This document shows positions 55,296 to 64,000 of a stretch of DNA of 64,000 nucleotides, in pieces. This DNA comes from an uncultured Verrucomicrobiae bacterium. GTDB taxonomy: Bacteria; Verrucomicrobiota; Verrucomicrobiia; Limisphaerales; UBA11358. The notes below the pieces were generated by a model. It saw nothing but the letters and a program-made list of their open reading frames with translations. It did not search any database and was not told where the DNA came from. The DNA lies in NCBI GenBank assembly GCA_963719075.1, contig CAVRAN010000001.1, positions 320,324 through 384,323 of the forward strand. The letters are read 5' to 3'. Both the position numbers and the translations under genes were made by a program. The number at the start of each line of letters is the position of its first letter. Positions within the stretch are counted from its first letter, which is position 1.

Positions 55296-55350
55296 GTTTT
55301 GAATTCTTGATTTTGAATTTGAACTAAAAAGTCGAAATTCAAAACTAAAA
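55296..55350. repeat. TTTTGAATTT-type repeat forming a hairpin in the divergent DUF721/sigma intergenic region
   Basis: GTTTTGAATTCTTGATTTTGAATTTGAACTAAAAAGTCGAAATTCAAAACTAAAAAG. TTTTGAATTT pairs with AAATTCAAAA. Confidence 0.6.
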
Positions 55351-55402
55351 AGTTGCCCGGCCTATTTCCGGCTAGACAAATCCGTCCGCCGGGCGCGTCA
55401 TT

Positions 55403-55921
55403 ATGAAAATGCCCGGCGGACTGGAAATCGAACGGCTCTACGACGAGCACGCCCAGCCGCTTTATGCCTTTCTCCTGAACTTCACCCGCGACGAAAATGA
55501 CACGCGCGATTTGCTCCAAGAACTGTTCGTCAAACTCGCCCGCGAACCGACATTGCTCGCCGGCGTGCGGGACGAACGCGCCTTTCTCATCCGCCTCGCG
55601 CATAACGCCGCCATTGACCTGATGCGCCGGCGCGGCACGCGTGACAAAACCCGGGAAAATTTCGCGGCGGAAACCCTTTCGCCGTTCGCGGCGGCGGACA
55701 GCCCGGACGAGCAGACTTTCCGCGACGAACTCGCCGGTGCGCTGGCGGAACTGCCGCCGGAGCAGCACGCCGTCGTGCATCTTAAACTGTGGGAAGCGCT
55801 GACCTTTGAGGAAATCGCCGCCGTGCTGGACATTCCGCCGAACACCGCCGCCAGCCGGTATCGCTACGGACTAGACAAAATGCGCGGGCGGCTGCGTCCA
55901 CTTTACGAGGAAATCAAATGA
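55403..55921 (+). CDS. ECF-type RNA polymerase sigma-70 family factor
   Basis: Region 2: LYAFLLNFTRDENDTRDLLQELFVKL. Region 4: LPPEQHAVVHLKLWEALTFEEIAAVLDIPPNTAASRYRYGL. Confidence 0.9.
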   Translation: MKMPGGLEIERLYDEHAQPLYAFLLNFTRDENDTRDLLQELFVKLAREPTLLAGVRDERAFLIRLAHNAAIDLMRRRGTRDKTRENFAAETLSPFAAADSPDEQTFRDELAGALAELPPEQHAVVHLKLWEALTFEEIAAVLDIPPNTAASRYRYGLDKMRGRLRPLYEEIK

Positions 55922-56340
55922 ACGAGTTTGAACAAAAACTTTCGCGCCAGCCGCTCCGCCAGGTGCCCGGCGAATGGCGCGCGGAAATTTTGCGGGAAGG
56001 ACGGCGTGCCGCCGCCCCAAACAATAAACGGGACGCCGACACGGCGTCCCTCCCAAATTGTTCGTGGCTCACAATGTTGCTCTGGCCGCATCCGAAGGCA
56101 TGGGCGGGCTTGGCGGGGGTTTGGGTTTTGATTTTTGCGTTGGATTTTTCCAGTCGCGAACAAACGCCGATCGTCGCGGAAAAAGCGTTGCCGCCCTCGC
56201 CGGAAGTCATGGCTGAATTGAAGCAGCAAAATCTTTTGTTCGCCGAATTGATGGGTTCACGCGAAACGCCCGACGCTGACCGGCGGAAATTATTTTTGCC
56301 GCGCCCGCGCAGCGAGCGCGAGGAAGTTTTGACGGCGTAA
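55918..56340 (+). CDS. putative anti-sigma factor (single-pass membrane protein)
   Basis: It has an ATGA overlap with the sigma gene. The N-terminal cytoplasmic segment is followed by one TM (AWAGLAGVWVLIFALDF). Confidence 0.55.
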   Translation: MNEFEQKLSRQPLRQVPGEWRAEILREGRRAAAPNNKRDADTASLPNCSWLTMLLWPHPKAWAGLAGVWVLIFALDFSSREQTPIVAEKALPPSPEVMAELKQQNLLFAELMGSRETPDADRRKLFLPRPRSEREEVLTA

Positions 56341-56408
56341 AGTTGTAGAGTCGGGGCTGCGCGCCGATGCATCCGGCCACAAGCCAGACGTTACACCAAA
56401 ATGAATTT

Positions 56409-58295
56409 ATGGGCGAAAAACCGAAAAGCATCTGGAAAAAATCGCGGCAAAGCTCTCGTTGGTTTTGCGCATGGCTGATTTTGGTGGCTGCGACCTTTTT
56501 TATCATTGTTACGATTGGCGGATTGATCGGCAATTTGCGAAACTGGTGGAATTGGCAACACGCCCTTCTGTTCACATTGATAGTCAGTCTCGCCTTTGCA
56601 ACCGTAGTCATTAGTCTGTGGCTGTTCATACGCTGGCTTTTTTGCTGGCGCAATTTCAAACGATTTCTGTTCGGCCTCGCGTGCTTTGTCACGTTGATCG
56701 CGCTGTTCTACGCCGAGGAAGACTGGCGCGGCAAACATGACTGGGAGAAATTCAAACGTGAATGGGAGGCCAAAGGCGAACATTTTGACTGGCAATCCAT
56801 CGTTCCGCCGCCCGTGCCAGACGATCAAAATTTTGCGTTCTCGCCGGTTTGGATTGCGGAAGAAAAATATACTTTTCAAAACACGCTGAAAAGAGCGGAA
56901 GCGTGGTATGGCGACCGGATTTACAGCGAGGAAGTTTCCAACATTGTTTCCCAGCTTCCCGTTTCAGTATCGGCTTTGGTCGGCACAAATTGGGCGTATC
57001 ATTTGCCCAATACGCCGGAAATGTCGGGTCATTGGGCGATGTCCCGCACCACCGACTTGAAGCCGTGGCAGTCTTATTATCGCGACTTGGAAACAACCAA
57101 TCCAACGGCGGAAATTTCCATCACGCCGCAGCCGCAATCGCCCGCCGCCGATGTTTTGCTGGCGTTGAGCAAATTTGATCCTGTGATTGAAAGATTAAGA
57201 ACGGACAGCGTGTTGCCATATTCTCGGTTTCCGCTCGGATATGATGGTATGCCTGCCGCAATTTTACTGCCGCATTTGTCCGCGTTGAAACAATTTGCAC
57301 AAGTGTTGCAACTGCGCGCCATTGCCGAATTACAAAACAACGAAAGTCAAAAAGCTTTGGACGATGTCAAGTTGTCATTGTGGCTGATGGATTCGATTCG
57401 CTCCGAGCCGTTTTTGATTTCCCATTTGGTTCGCATCGCCATTTTGCAAATCACGTTTCAGCCCATTTATGAAGGTTTGGCGGACCATAAATGGTCGGAT
57501 GCGCAACTTGCCGATTTGGATTCTGATTTGACGAAACTGGATTTTCTTGCGGATAGTCAATTTGCAATTCGCGGGGAACGTGGATTAGAAATTGCCAACA
57601 TCGAATTCATCCGGCACCCGCACGATCTGGATTTTAAGCGCCCTCGTTTATATTTTCTGGCACCGTTTTTTTCTGTTGTGCAGATGCTTTCCAATATGTC
57701 GTCGGACGAAGGCGAAAATCCCCAAGGCTTTCAAATGTTGCTTTTGGGTTTTGGCCCTTCCGGCTGGCTTGAGCAAAATGAACTGCGTATCGCTCAATTT
57801 GACACAAAATGGTATTTGCCCGTTGTTGACGAAGAGAGAAAAATTATTTCGCCGGCTAAAATTCGCACTGCTAGTGATGCGCTTGGCAAAGAAATTCAAC
57901 ATCGAACACCGGAAAATATATTGGAGACGCTTTTCATTCCAAACTGGCGCAACGCTGCGGAAAAATTCGCCCATGCGCAAACTGCAACTGATTTGGCGCG
58001 CGCGGCGCTTGCGCTGGAGCGTTACCGGCTCGCGCATGGAGAATTTCCAGAATCACTTGACGCGCTAACGCCGCAGTTCATCGCGAAAGTTCCGCACGAC
58101 ATCATTGACGGCCAGCCGTTGCATTATCACCGCACGGACGACGGACAATTCGTCCTCTACTCCGTCGGCTGGAACGAGACGGATGACGGCGGGGTTGTGG
58201 TTTTCAATAATAACGGCGGGGCTTTCAATAAAGGTTCAACGCCAAGTGTTGACATTAATGAAGGCGACTGGGTCTGGCGGTATCCGGCAAAGTAA
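56409..58295 (+). CDS. large membrane-anchored hypothetical protein with GspG-like C-terminal motif
   Basis: Three N-terminal TM segments and a long extracytoplasmic region. The C-terminus reads ALALERYRLAHGEFPESLDALTPQFIAKVPHDIIDGQPLHY...LYSVGWNETDDGG. It is the third gene of the ECF sigma cluster. Confidence 0.7.
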   Translation: MGEKPKSIWKKSRQSSRWFCAWLILVAATFFIIVTIGGLIGNLRNWWNWQHALLFTLIVSLAFATVVISLWLFIRWLFCWRNFKRFLFGLACFVTLIALFYAEEDWRGKHDWEKFKREWEAKGEHFDWQSIVPPPVPDDQNFAFSPVWIAEEKYTFQNTLKRAEAWYGDRIYSEEVSNIVSQLPVSVSALVGTNWAYHLPNTPEMSGHWAMSRTTDLKPWQSYYRDLETTNPTAEISITPQPQSPAADVLLALSKFDPVIERLRTDSVLPYSRFPLGYDGMPAAILLPHLSALKQFAQVLQLRAIAELQNNESQKALDDVKLSLWLMDSIRSEPFLISHLVRIAILQITFQPIYEGLADHKWSDAQLADLDSDLTKLDFLADSQFAIRGERGLEIANIEFIRHPHDLDFKRPRLYFLAPFFSVVQMLSNMSSDEGENPQGFQMLLLGFGPSGWLEQNELRIAQFDTKWYLPVVDEERKIISPAKIRTASDALGKEIQHRTPENILETLFIPNWRNAAEKFAHAQTATDLARAALALERYRLAHGEFPESLDALTPQFIAKVPHDIIDGQPLHYHRTDDGQFVLYSVGWNETDDGGVVVFNNNGGAFNKGSTPSVDINEGDWVWRYPAK

Positions 58296-58370
58296 TTTTG
58301 GGCGGTCAAACTGCCTAGCGTTTTTAACTGTCTCTTTTCGCCTGGCAGCAAGGGCTTGAATGGATAAACC

Positions 58371-58670
58371 TGAATTTTTAAGGGTTTTTCGTTCATTTTT
58401 GCCCGGCTGACACGTTCCTCTGGCCATTTGACACGAATTTTTGGACGTCTGACATCAATTTCTGGCTGTCTTACCCGGATTTTTCAACGATTGACACGGG
58501 TTTTTGGCCGTCTGCACGGATTTCTAGTCGCCTGACCAAACTTTTTTGCCGCCTGACATTGATTTCCGGCTGGCTGACACAAGTTTTTCCGCGATTGACA
58601 CGGATTTCTTGCCGGTTGACACCGGCTTTCGAATGATTGAAACACCGCGATTCAGGACTTTGCCGTCTGC
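58371..58670. repeat. degenerate tandem array, about 14 units with strict 21-bp phasing
   Basis: TGAC(A/C)-type unit starts fall at 58408, 58429, 58450, 58471, 58492, 58513, 58533, 58554, 58575, 58596, 58617 and 58638. Consensus is roughly TGACACNGATTTYTNGCCGNC. Confidence 0.9.
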
Positions 58671-58755
58671 TTGCATGATGAAAATCTCGTAACTTGACCT
58701 TGCACGACAAACTGCTCGCCTTGATTGAGTGGCAACGGCATATTGCCGCAAATTT

Positions 58756-60606
58756 ATGCCAGATTTTTTGCTCAAGGTGTGGAGCTTGGCCAGGCCTTAC
58801 CGGGCGCGGCTGTTTCTCGGCGGGGTGACCGGGGTGATCAGCGGTGCGATCGCACCGCTGATGATTGCCACGATTATATTTGTGTATGATGAAATTTTCC
58901 CGGCGTCAAATGGTTCGTCTTCGTTGCCAAAATTATTCACGAAAATGCCCGGAGCCGTGCAAAACTGGCTTCTCAACGCGCAGGAATCCCTGAGCAGCGG
59001 CTTGCACATGCACCCCGGCGCCGTCATCGTGCTAATCGGCCTGATTCCGGCGGTGATTCTCCTGAATGGCCTGTTTGCCTACTTGAACATGTATTTCCTG
59101 CAATGGGTGGCCATTCGCGCCGTGACCGATTTGCGCGTCCGCCTGTTCACGCATCTGCTGAATCTTTCCGCGGGATTTTTCGGCGGCAACCGCAGCGGCG
59201 AACTCATCTCGCGCATCATGAATGACACCAGCGCGCTGCAAAACATCTTCAGCACCGTGACGTCGAGCATTGTCACCGACCCGGTTAAGTTGATTGCTTT
59301 GCTGGCCTATTTATTCTGGCTGCAACCGAAGCTGACATTGATTTCATTGATTGTGGTTCCGGCCTGCATGATTCCCATCGCGATTTACAGCCGCAAAATC
59401 CGTCATTCCAGCCGCGCGCTGCAAACGCACGCCGCCGACTTGACGCAGGTCATGAACGAATCTTTCACCGGCAACCGCATCGTCAAAGCCTACAATCTTG
59501 AAAATGCCGTCGCCGGCCAGTTCCGCGACACCGCGCGCAAATTCATAGGCCACTATATGCGCATTGTGCGCTCCATCGAAATCCCGGGGCCTTTGATCGA
59601 ATTTCTCGGCGCGGTGGGTGTCTCGCTCGTGCTGCTGTATTTGGTTTATCACACGCACGCGCAGGCAAGCCAGAAGGACTTCCTGCGGCTCATCATCAGC
59701 ATTTTCATGATGTATCAGCCGATGAAGAATCTCACGCGCCTGCACAACCAGATCGTCCAGGCGCGCGCCGCCAGCGAGCGCATCTTCGAACTTCTGGCCA
59801 CGCAAAACAGCGTGCCCGAACCCGCGCAACCGCGCTTGTTGCAGGCCGCCGGCGCGGACATTCATTTCGAAAATGTGGATTTTTCCTACGGCGACAAACC
59901 CGTTTTGCAAAATATCAATTTGCAAATCAAACCCGGCCAGCTTGTCGCGCTCGTCGGCGCGAGCGGTTCGGGGAAAACCACGGTCGCGAATTTGCTAATG
60001 CGCTTTTACGACCCGGCGCGCGGCGCGATTCGCATTGGCGATGTGGACATTCGCGAAGTTTCCACGCGTGATTTGCGAAATCAAATCGCCGTCGTCACAC
60101 AGGAGAATATTTTATTCAACGACACCATCCTCAAAAACATTGAGCTGGGCCGTCCCGGCGCGGCTCAGGAAGAAATCATTTCTGCGGCAAAACATGCCAA
60201 CGCGCATCACTTCATTCTCGAAAAACCGGACGGTTATAAAACGGTTGTCGGCGAAAAGGGCGTCTTACTTTCCGGCGGCCAGCGCCAGCGCCTCGCCATT
60301 GCGCGCGCCGTTTTACGCAACGCACCGATTCTGATTCTGGACGAAGCCACCAGCGCGCTCGACACCGAGTCCGAACGTGCCGTGCAATCCGCGCTTGATG
60401 AATTGATGCACGGGCGCACGACACTTTGCATCGCGCACCGGCTCTCGACCATTCTGCACGCGGACGTGATTGTCGTTTTGGATCAGGGCCGCATTGTTGA
60501 AACGGGCACACATTCTGAACTCATCAGGCGTGGCGGCGTTTATCAAAAACTTTACGAACTTCAGTTTCACAATCTTCCGAATTTGGAAATCACGCGCACC
60601 GAATGA
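58756..60606 (+). CDS. ABC transporter permease/ATP-binding protein (MsbA-like lipid exporter family)
   Basis: Six-TM domain followed by GASGSGKTT (Walker A), LSGGQRQRLAIARA (signature) and ILILDEATSALD (Walker B). Confidence 0.9.
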   Translation: MPDFLLKVWSLARPYRARLFLGGVTGVISGAIAPLMIATIIFVYDEIFPASNGSSSLPKLFTKMPGAVQNWLLNAQESLSSGLHMHPGAVIVLIGLIPAVILLNGLFAYLNMYFLQWVAIRAVTDLRVRLFTHLLNLSAGFFGGNRSGELISRIMNDTSALQNIFSTVTSSIVTDPVKLIALLAYLFWLQPKLTLISLIVVPACMIPIAIYSRKIRHSSRALQTHAADLTQVMNESFTGNRIVKAYNLENAVAGQFRDTARKFIGHYMRIVRSIEIPGPLIEFLGAVGVSLVLLYLVYHTHAQASQKDFLRLIISIFMMYQPMKNLTRLHNQIVQARAASERIFELLATQNSVPEPAQPRLLQAAGADIHFENVDFSYGDKPVLQNINLQIKPGQLVALVGASGSGKTTVANLLMRFYDPARGAIRIGDVDIREVSTRDLRNQIAVVTQENILFNDTILKNIELGRPGAAQEEIISAAKHANAHHFILEKPDGYKTVVGEKGVLLSGGQRQRLAIARAVLRNAPILILDEATSALDTESERAVQSALDELMHGRTTLCIAHRLSTILHADVIVVLDQGRIVETGTHSELIRRGGVYQKLYELQFHNLPNLEITRTE

Positions 60607-61709
60607 ACCAAATTCCCTACCTTGATTTGCCCGCGCAAATCCGCAGCGTTCGCAAAGAAATTGACGCCGCGCTCGCCCGCACGCTCGACAACTGCTCGTT
60701 CTGTCTCGGCCCGGACGTCGTGCAATTTGAAAAAGACTTCGCGCAATTTTGCGGTGCGCAACACGCGCTCGGCTTCAATAGCGGCACATCCGCGCTGCAC
60801 GTCGCGCTGCGCTTGCTCAACGTCGGGCCGGGCGACGAAGTCATCACCACGCCTTACACGTTCATCGCCACAAGCTGGGCGATTTCTTACGTCGGTGCGA
60901 AACCGGTTTATGTGGACATTGACGACGACACTTTCAATTTGAATCCGAAGCTGATTGAGAAAGCCATTACGCCAAGCACAAAAGCGATTTTGCCCGTGCA
61001 TCTCTACGGCCTTCCGTTCGATGTTGATCCGATTTTAGAAATCTGCCGCAAACATAAGCTGCCGCTCGTCGAGGATGCGGCGCAGGCGGTCGGCGCGAAA
61101 TACAAAGGCAGAACTGTGGGAACGCTCGGCGACATTGCTTGTTTCAGTTTTTATCCCGGCAAAAATCTTGGCGCGTGCGGCGAAGGCGGCGCGCTCGTGA
61201 CGAACAACGTCGCGTTTGCCGCGCGTGCGAAATCATTGCGCGAACATGGCTCGACGCAGCGCTATCATCATGACGAAGTCGGTTACAATTACCGCATGGA
61301 AGGTTTTCAAGGCGCGGTGTTGGGCGTGAAATTGAAGCATTTGCAAAAATGGACGATTGAACGCCGCCGGGTGGCGAACCGTTACACTGAATTGCTCGCC
61401 GATACGCCGCTGCGCCTGCCGCGCGAGGCAGATTACGCCGAAAGCGCGTGGCATCTTTATACCGTGCGACATCCGCGCCGCGACGAACTTAAAAAATATC
61501 TTGATGAAAACGGCATCGGCAACGCCGTGCATTATCCGATTCCGTTGCACCTGCAAAAAGCCTACGCGCAGCTTGGCCACAAGCCCGGCGATTTTCCCGT
61601 TGCCGAAAAGGCCGCGCGCGAAGTTTTGAGCCTGCCGATTTTTCCCGAATTGACCGACGCGCAAATCCAGTGCGTTGTGGAAGTCATCAAGGATTTTTTC
61701 ACAACGTAA
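60603..61709 (+). CDS. DegT/DnrJ/EryC1/StrS family sugar aminotransferase
   Basis: IPYLDL.AQ......EI..A......N..F.LGP.V..FE..FA.F, FSFYPGKNLGACGEGGAL (PLP lysine), NYRMEGFQGAVL. Confidence 0.9.
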   Translation: MNQIPYLDLPAQIRSVRKEIDAALARTLDNCSFCLGPDVVQFEKDFAQFCGAQHALGFNSGTSALHVALRLLNVGPGDEVITTPYTFIATSWAISYVGAKPVYVDIDDDTFNLNPKLIEKAITPSTKAILPVHLYGLPFDVDPILEICRKHKLPLVEDAAQAVGAKYKGRTVGTLGDIACFSFYPGKNLGACGEGGALVTNNVAFAARAKSLREHGSTQRYHHDEVGYNYRMEGFQGAVLGVKLKHLQKWTIERRRVANRYTELLADTPLRLPREADYAESAWHLYTVRHPRRDELKKYLDENGIGNAVHYPIPLHLQKAYAQLGHKPGDFPVAEKAAREVLSLPIFPELTDAQIQCVVEVIKDFFTT

Positions 61710-61741
61710 AACGCTTAAACAGGCGTCCCCTGTTGTTGCGC

Positions 61742-62374
61742 TCAAGTGTCCGGATATTCGCCTTTGAGAAGCTGTTTACGGTGGCGCTGATATTTGGCCA
61801 GCGCGTCGCGGATGGCCTTGTGCGCGTCTACTCGCCCTTGAAATTCGCCGACGACGGGATTTTTATCCCTCTCCAGTTCCTTGTAGATTTCAAAAAAATG
61901 ATGAATCTCGCGCAGGACGTGCGGCGGCAGTTGCGAGATATCATTGCAATTTTCGTGCATCGGATCGTTCGCGTGCGCGGCGATGATTTTGATGTCTTCC
62001 AAACCCTGGTCCATCATGCGCAACATGCCGATGGGCCGCGCCTTCATCACGCAGCCGGGCGTGACCGCCTCCTGCGACAGCACGAGGATGTCCAGCGGAT
62101 CGTGATCGCCGCAATAAGTCTGCGGAATGAAACCGTAATTGCTCGGATAATGCACCGAGCTGTGCAGCACGCGGCTGATTTGAAGAAAGCCGGAAGTCTT
62201 GTCCAATTCGTATTTGATTTTGCTGCGCATCGGACATTCGATGAAGGCGTTGCATTCCTGCGGGATGGAATCGCCGGGCGACAAAATGTGAAACGGATTG
62301 TTCGCGCCGACGACCGGCAAAACTTTTTTGGCGCGGCCCGCCTTTTTTCCTGCGGCATGAAATTTACTTCCCAT
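61742..62374 (-). CDS. ppa: inorganic pyrophosphatase (family I)
   Basis: IECPMRSKIKYELDK..G.L...RVL.SSVHYPSNYGFIPQTYCGDHDPLDILVL. Confidence 0.9.
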   Translation of the reverse strand: MGSKFHAAGKKAGRAKKVLPVVGANNPFHILSPGDSIPQECNAFIECPMRSKIKYELDKTSGFLQISRVLHSSVHYPSNYGFIPQTYCGDHDPLDILVLSQEAVTPGCVMKARPIGMLRMMDQGLEDIKIIAAHANDPMHENCNDISQLPPHVLREIHHFFEIYKELERDKNPVVGEFQGRVDAHKAIRDALAKYQRHRKQLLKGEYPDT

Positions 62375-62443
62375 GAGCGGTAAGTTAATGAATTTTTATC
62401 GCGAAAACAATGGCAAAGGCGGAATGAAAATGATTTTCCAAAA

Positions 62444-62470
62444 CTTTGTGTCTTGGTGTCTTCGCGGTTA
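62444..62470. repeat. CTTTGCG-family half element upstream of dnaE
   Basis: CTTTGTGTCTTGGTGTCTTCGCGGTTA parallels TTTGTGTCCTTTGCGTTCCTTTGCGGTTA at 16277-16307. It ends 17 nt before the dnaE ATG. Confidence 0.55.
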
Positions 62471-62487
62471 GAAGTTAAATTGTTCTC

Positions 62488-64000
62488 ATGTCGCACGCGG
62501 ACTTTGTTCATCTTCATCTGCACACCGAGTATTCGTTGCTCGATGGCGCGTGCCGGCTCGACCGGCTCATGGACAAGGCGCACGAATTGAAATTTTCCTC
62601 GCTCGCCATCACCGACCACGGCGCGATGCATGGCGTCATTGATTTTTATCAGGCCGCGCGCGAAAAAGGCATCAAGCCCATCATCGGCTGCGAGGTTTAC
62701 GTCGCGCCTGGCTCGCGCCTGGAAAAGAAAAGCGGCGGCGGCGGCACGCGCGACGTTTATCATCATCTCGGCCTGCTCGCGAAGGACGAGGCTGGCTATA
62801 AAAATCTCGTCAAGCTCACAACCGCCGCGCATCTGGAGGGTTATTATTACAAGCCGCGCATTGATAAAGAAATTCTCGCCGCGCACAGCGAAGGTTTGAT
62901 CGCGATGTCCGGCTGTCTCGCCAGCGAAATTCCCGACTGGATCATGAAAGACCAGTTGGACAAGGCGCGCGACGCCGTTGATTTTTTCAAGCAGACGCTC
63001 AGCGCGGAAAATTTTTTCCTCGAACTGCAAAATCACGGCATTCCCGAACAGGCCAAGGTCAACAGCCATTTGATCAAATGGTCGAAGGAATTCGGCCTGA
63101 AACTCGTCGCGACGAACGACGTTCATTACATCAACAAAAGCGATTCGCACGCGCACGATTGTCTCGTCTGCATCGGCACGCAAGATTTGTTGAGCAATCC
63201 GAAACGCATGAGCGCGGGTTATATTCCCGAACAATTTTTTCTGCGTTCGGCGGAAGAAATGAAGGCGCGCTTCGCGGAAATTCCCGAAGCCGTGACGAAC
63301 ACGCTCGAAGTCGCGGAGAAATGCAATTTGGAAATCGAGTTCGGCAAATTGCATTACCCGGTTTTCCATCCGCCGGAACATTTCACGCGCGAAGGTTATC
63401 TGCGCAAGTTGCTCGCCGAGGGTTTGCACAAACGTTACGGCATCCACGCAAAGGCCGAGGGCGAAAAATTTGTCGTCGAGAAAATTGACGATCCAAAATT
63501 GCTGCCGACATTTTCGGAAAACGAAAATTCTGACGCCGCGCTCAAAGTCGTCCTCGACCGTTTGCAACTTGAACTGAAAGTCATCGAGAAAACCGGCTTC
63601 TTGAGTTATTTTTTGATCGTCGGCGATTTCATCCGTTACGGACACGAGCACGGCATCGCGTGCGTCGCGCGCGGCTCGGCGGCGGGTTCGATTGTCACTT
63701 ACCTTCTCGAAATTTCAAACGTTGATCCGATCCGTTACGGTCTGTTGTTCGAGCGGTTTCTAAATCCCGAGCGCGTCAATCCGCCGGATATTGACATTGA
63801 TTTCGCGGACGACCGGCGCGCGGACGTGATCAAATACGTTTCCGAAAAATACGGCAAAGATTCCGTCGCGCAGATCATCACGTTCGGCACGATGGGCGCG
63901 AAAAGCGTCGTGCGCGACGTTGCGCGCGTGATGGGTTTGGCTTACGGCGACGGCGACCGGCTCGCGAAAATGATTCCGTTCGACTTGAAAATGACGCTTG
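62488..64000 (+). CDS. dnaE: DNA polymerase III alpha subunit, N-terminal part (runs off window end)
   Basis: [54 protein letters not shown], a PHP domain. The frame stays open to position 64000, so it is absent from the ORF track. Confidence 0.95.
   Translation, partial: MSHADFVHLHLHTEYSLLDGACRLDRLMDKAHELKFSSLAITDHGAMHGVIDFYQAAREKGIKPIIGCEVYVAPGSRLEKKSGGGGTRDVYHHLGLLAKDEAGYKNLVKLTTAAHLEGYYYKPRIDKEILAAHSEGLIAMSGCLASEIPDWIMKDQLDKARDAVDFFKQTLSAENFFLELQNHGIPEQAKVNSHLIKWSKEFGLKLVATNDVHYINKSDSHAHDCLVCIGTQDLLSNPKRMSAGYIPEQFFLRSAEEMKARFAEIPEAVTNTLEVAEKCNLEIEFGKLHYPVFHPPEHFTREGYLRKLLAEGLHKRYGIHAKAEGEKFVVEKIDDPKLLPTFSENENSDAALKVVLDRLQLELKVIEKTGFLSYFLIVGDFIRYGHEHGIACVARGSAAGSIVTYLLEISNVDPIRYGLLFERFLNPERVNPPDIDIDFADDRRADVIKYVSEKYGKDSVAQIITFGTMGAKSVVRDVARVMGLAYGDGDRLAKMIPFDLKMTL

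Noticed and set aside
58471-58775. Minus-strand ORFs of 79 and 83 aa across the degenerate 21-bp array.
   Set aside because: Same artefact of periodic sequence. There are no motifs, and the plus-strand frames contain stops.
62047-63651. 534-aa minus-strand ORF.
   Set aside because: It is antisense to the clearly recognisable dnaE PHP/polymerase N-terminus and overlaps ppa. It is a shadow ORF.

Overview
This is a 64-kb chromosomal segment, moderately GC-rich and densely coding on both strands. Almost all of it is housekeeping.

Genes recognised from motifs:
- Translation, replication and repair: metG, mutY, mutS, dnaE (5' part), rnhC, a uvrD/pcrA-like helicase, an RluA-family pseudouridine synthase.
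- Metabolism: ilvE, ispE, bioD, queD, ppa, cls, sppA.
- Envelope and transport: a complete tolQRA-tolB-pal cluster followed by tatA-tatC, kdpFABC, a dsbD-like reductase plus a redoxin, an MsbA-like ABC exporter.
- Other: mcsA-mcsB, a LuxE/LuxC-like pair, an ECF sigma/anti-sigma operon.
- RNA genes: RNase P RNA (minus strand, about 35789-36172) and one tRNA-Glu(UUC).

The gene content and the short hairpin repeat families suggest a PVC-group (Verrucomicrobia-like) bacterium. Supporting content includes a TMTC-like TPR membrane protein, a TIGR04073-like lipoprotein, membrane proteins with a GspG-like motif, and a GHL10 hydrolase. This placement is inference only.

I saw no rRNA, CRISPR array, intact transposase or integrase, or recognisable multi-gene defence island.

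The most unusual content is non-coding or small:
1. A ydaO-type (c-di-AMP) riboswitch-like leader lies in front of kdpFABC, with no kdpDE in the window. An extra unannotated 27-codon hydrophobic ORF sits between it and kdpF.
2. Two tandem arrays are phased at exactly 21 bp, one nearly perfect and one degenerate. Each ends about 100 bp upstream of a plus-strand gene.
3. Several families of short dispersed repeats are present, including two roughly 64-bp imperfect palindromes inserted in frame inside mutY.
4. An AT-rich roughly 420-bp cassette is bracketed by 30-bp inverted repeats. It carries a small membrane ORF broken at an A-run.
5. A MazF-type toxin-antitoxin pair is present.
6. A decayed AT-rich region lies at the window start.

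All calls come from reading the sequence and recalled family motifs. No similarity search or folding was run.
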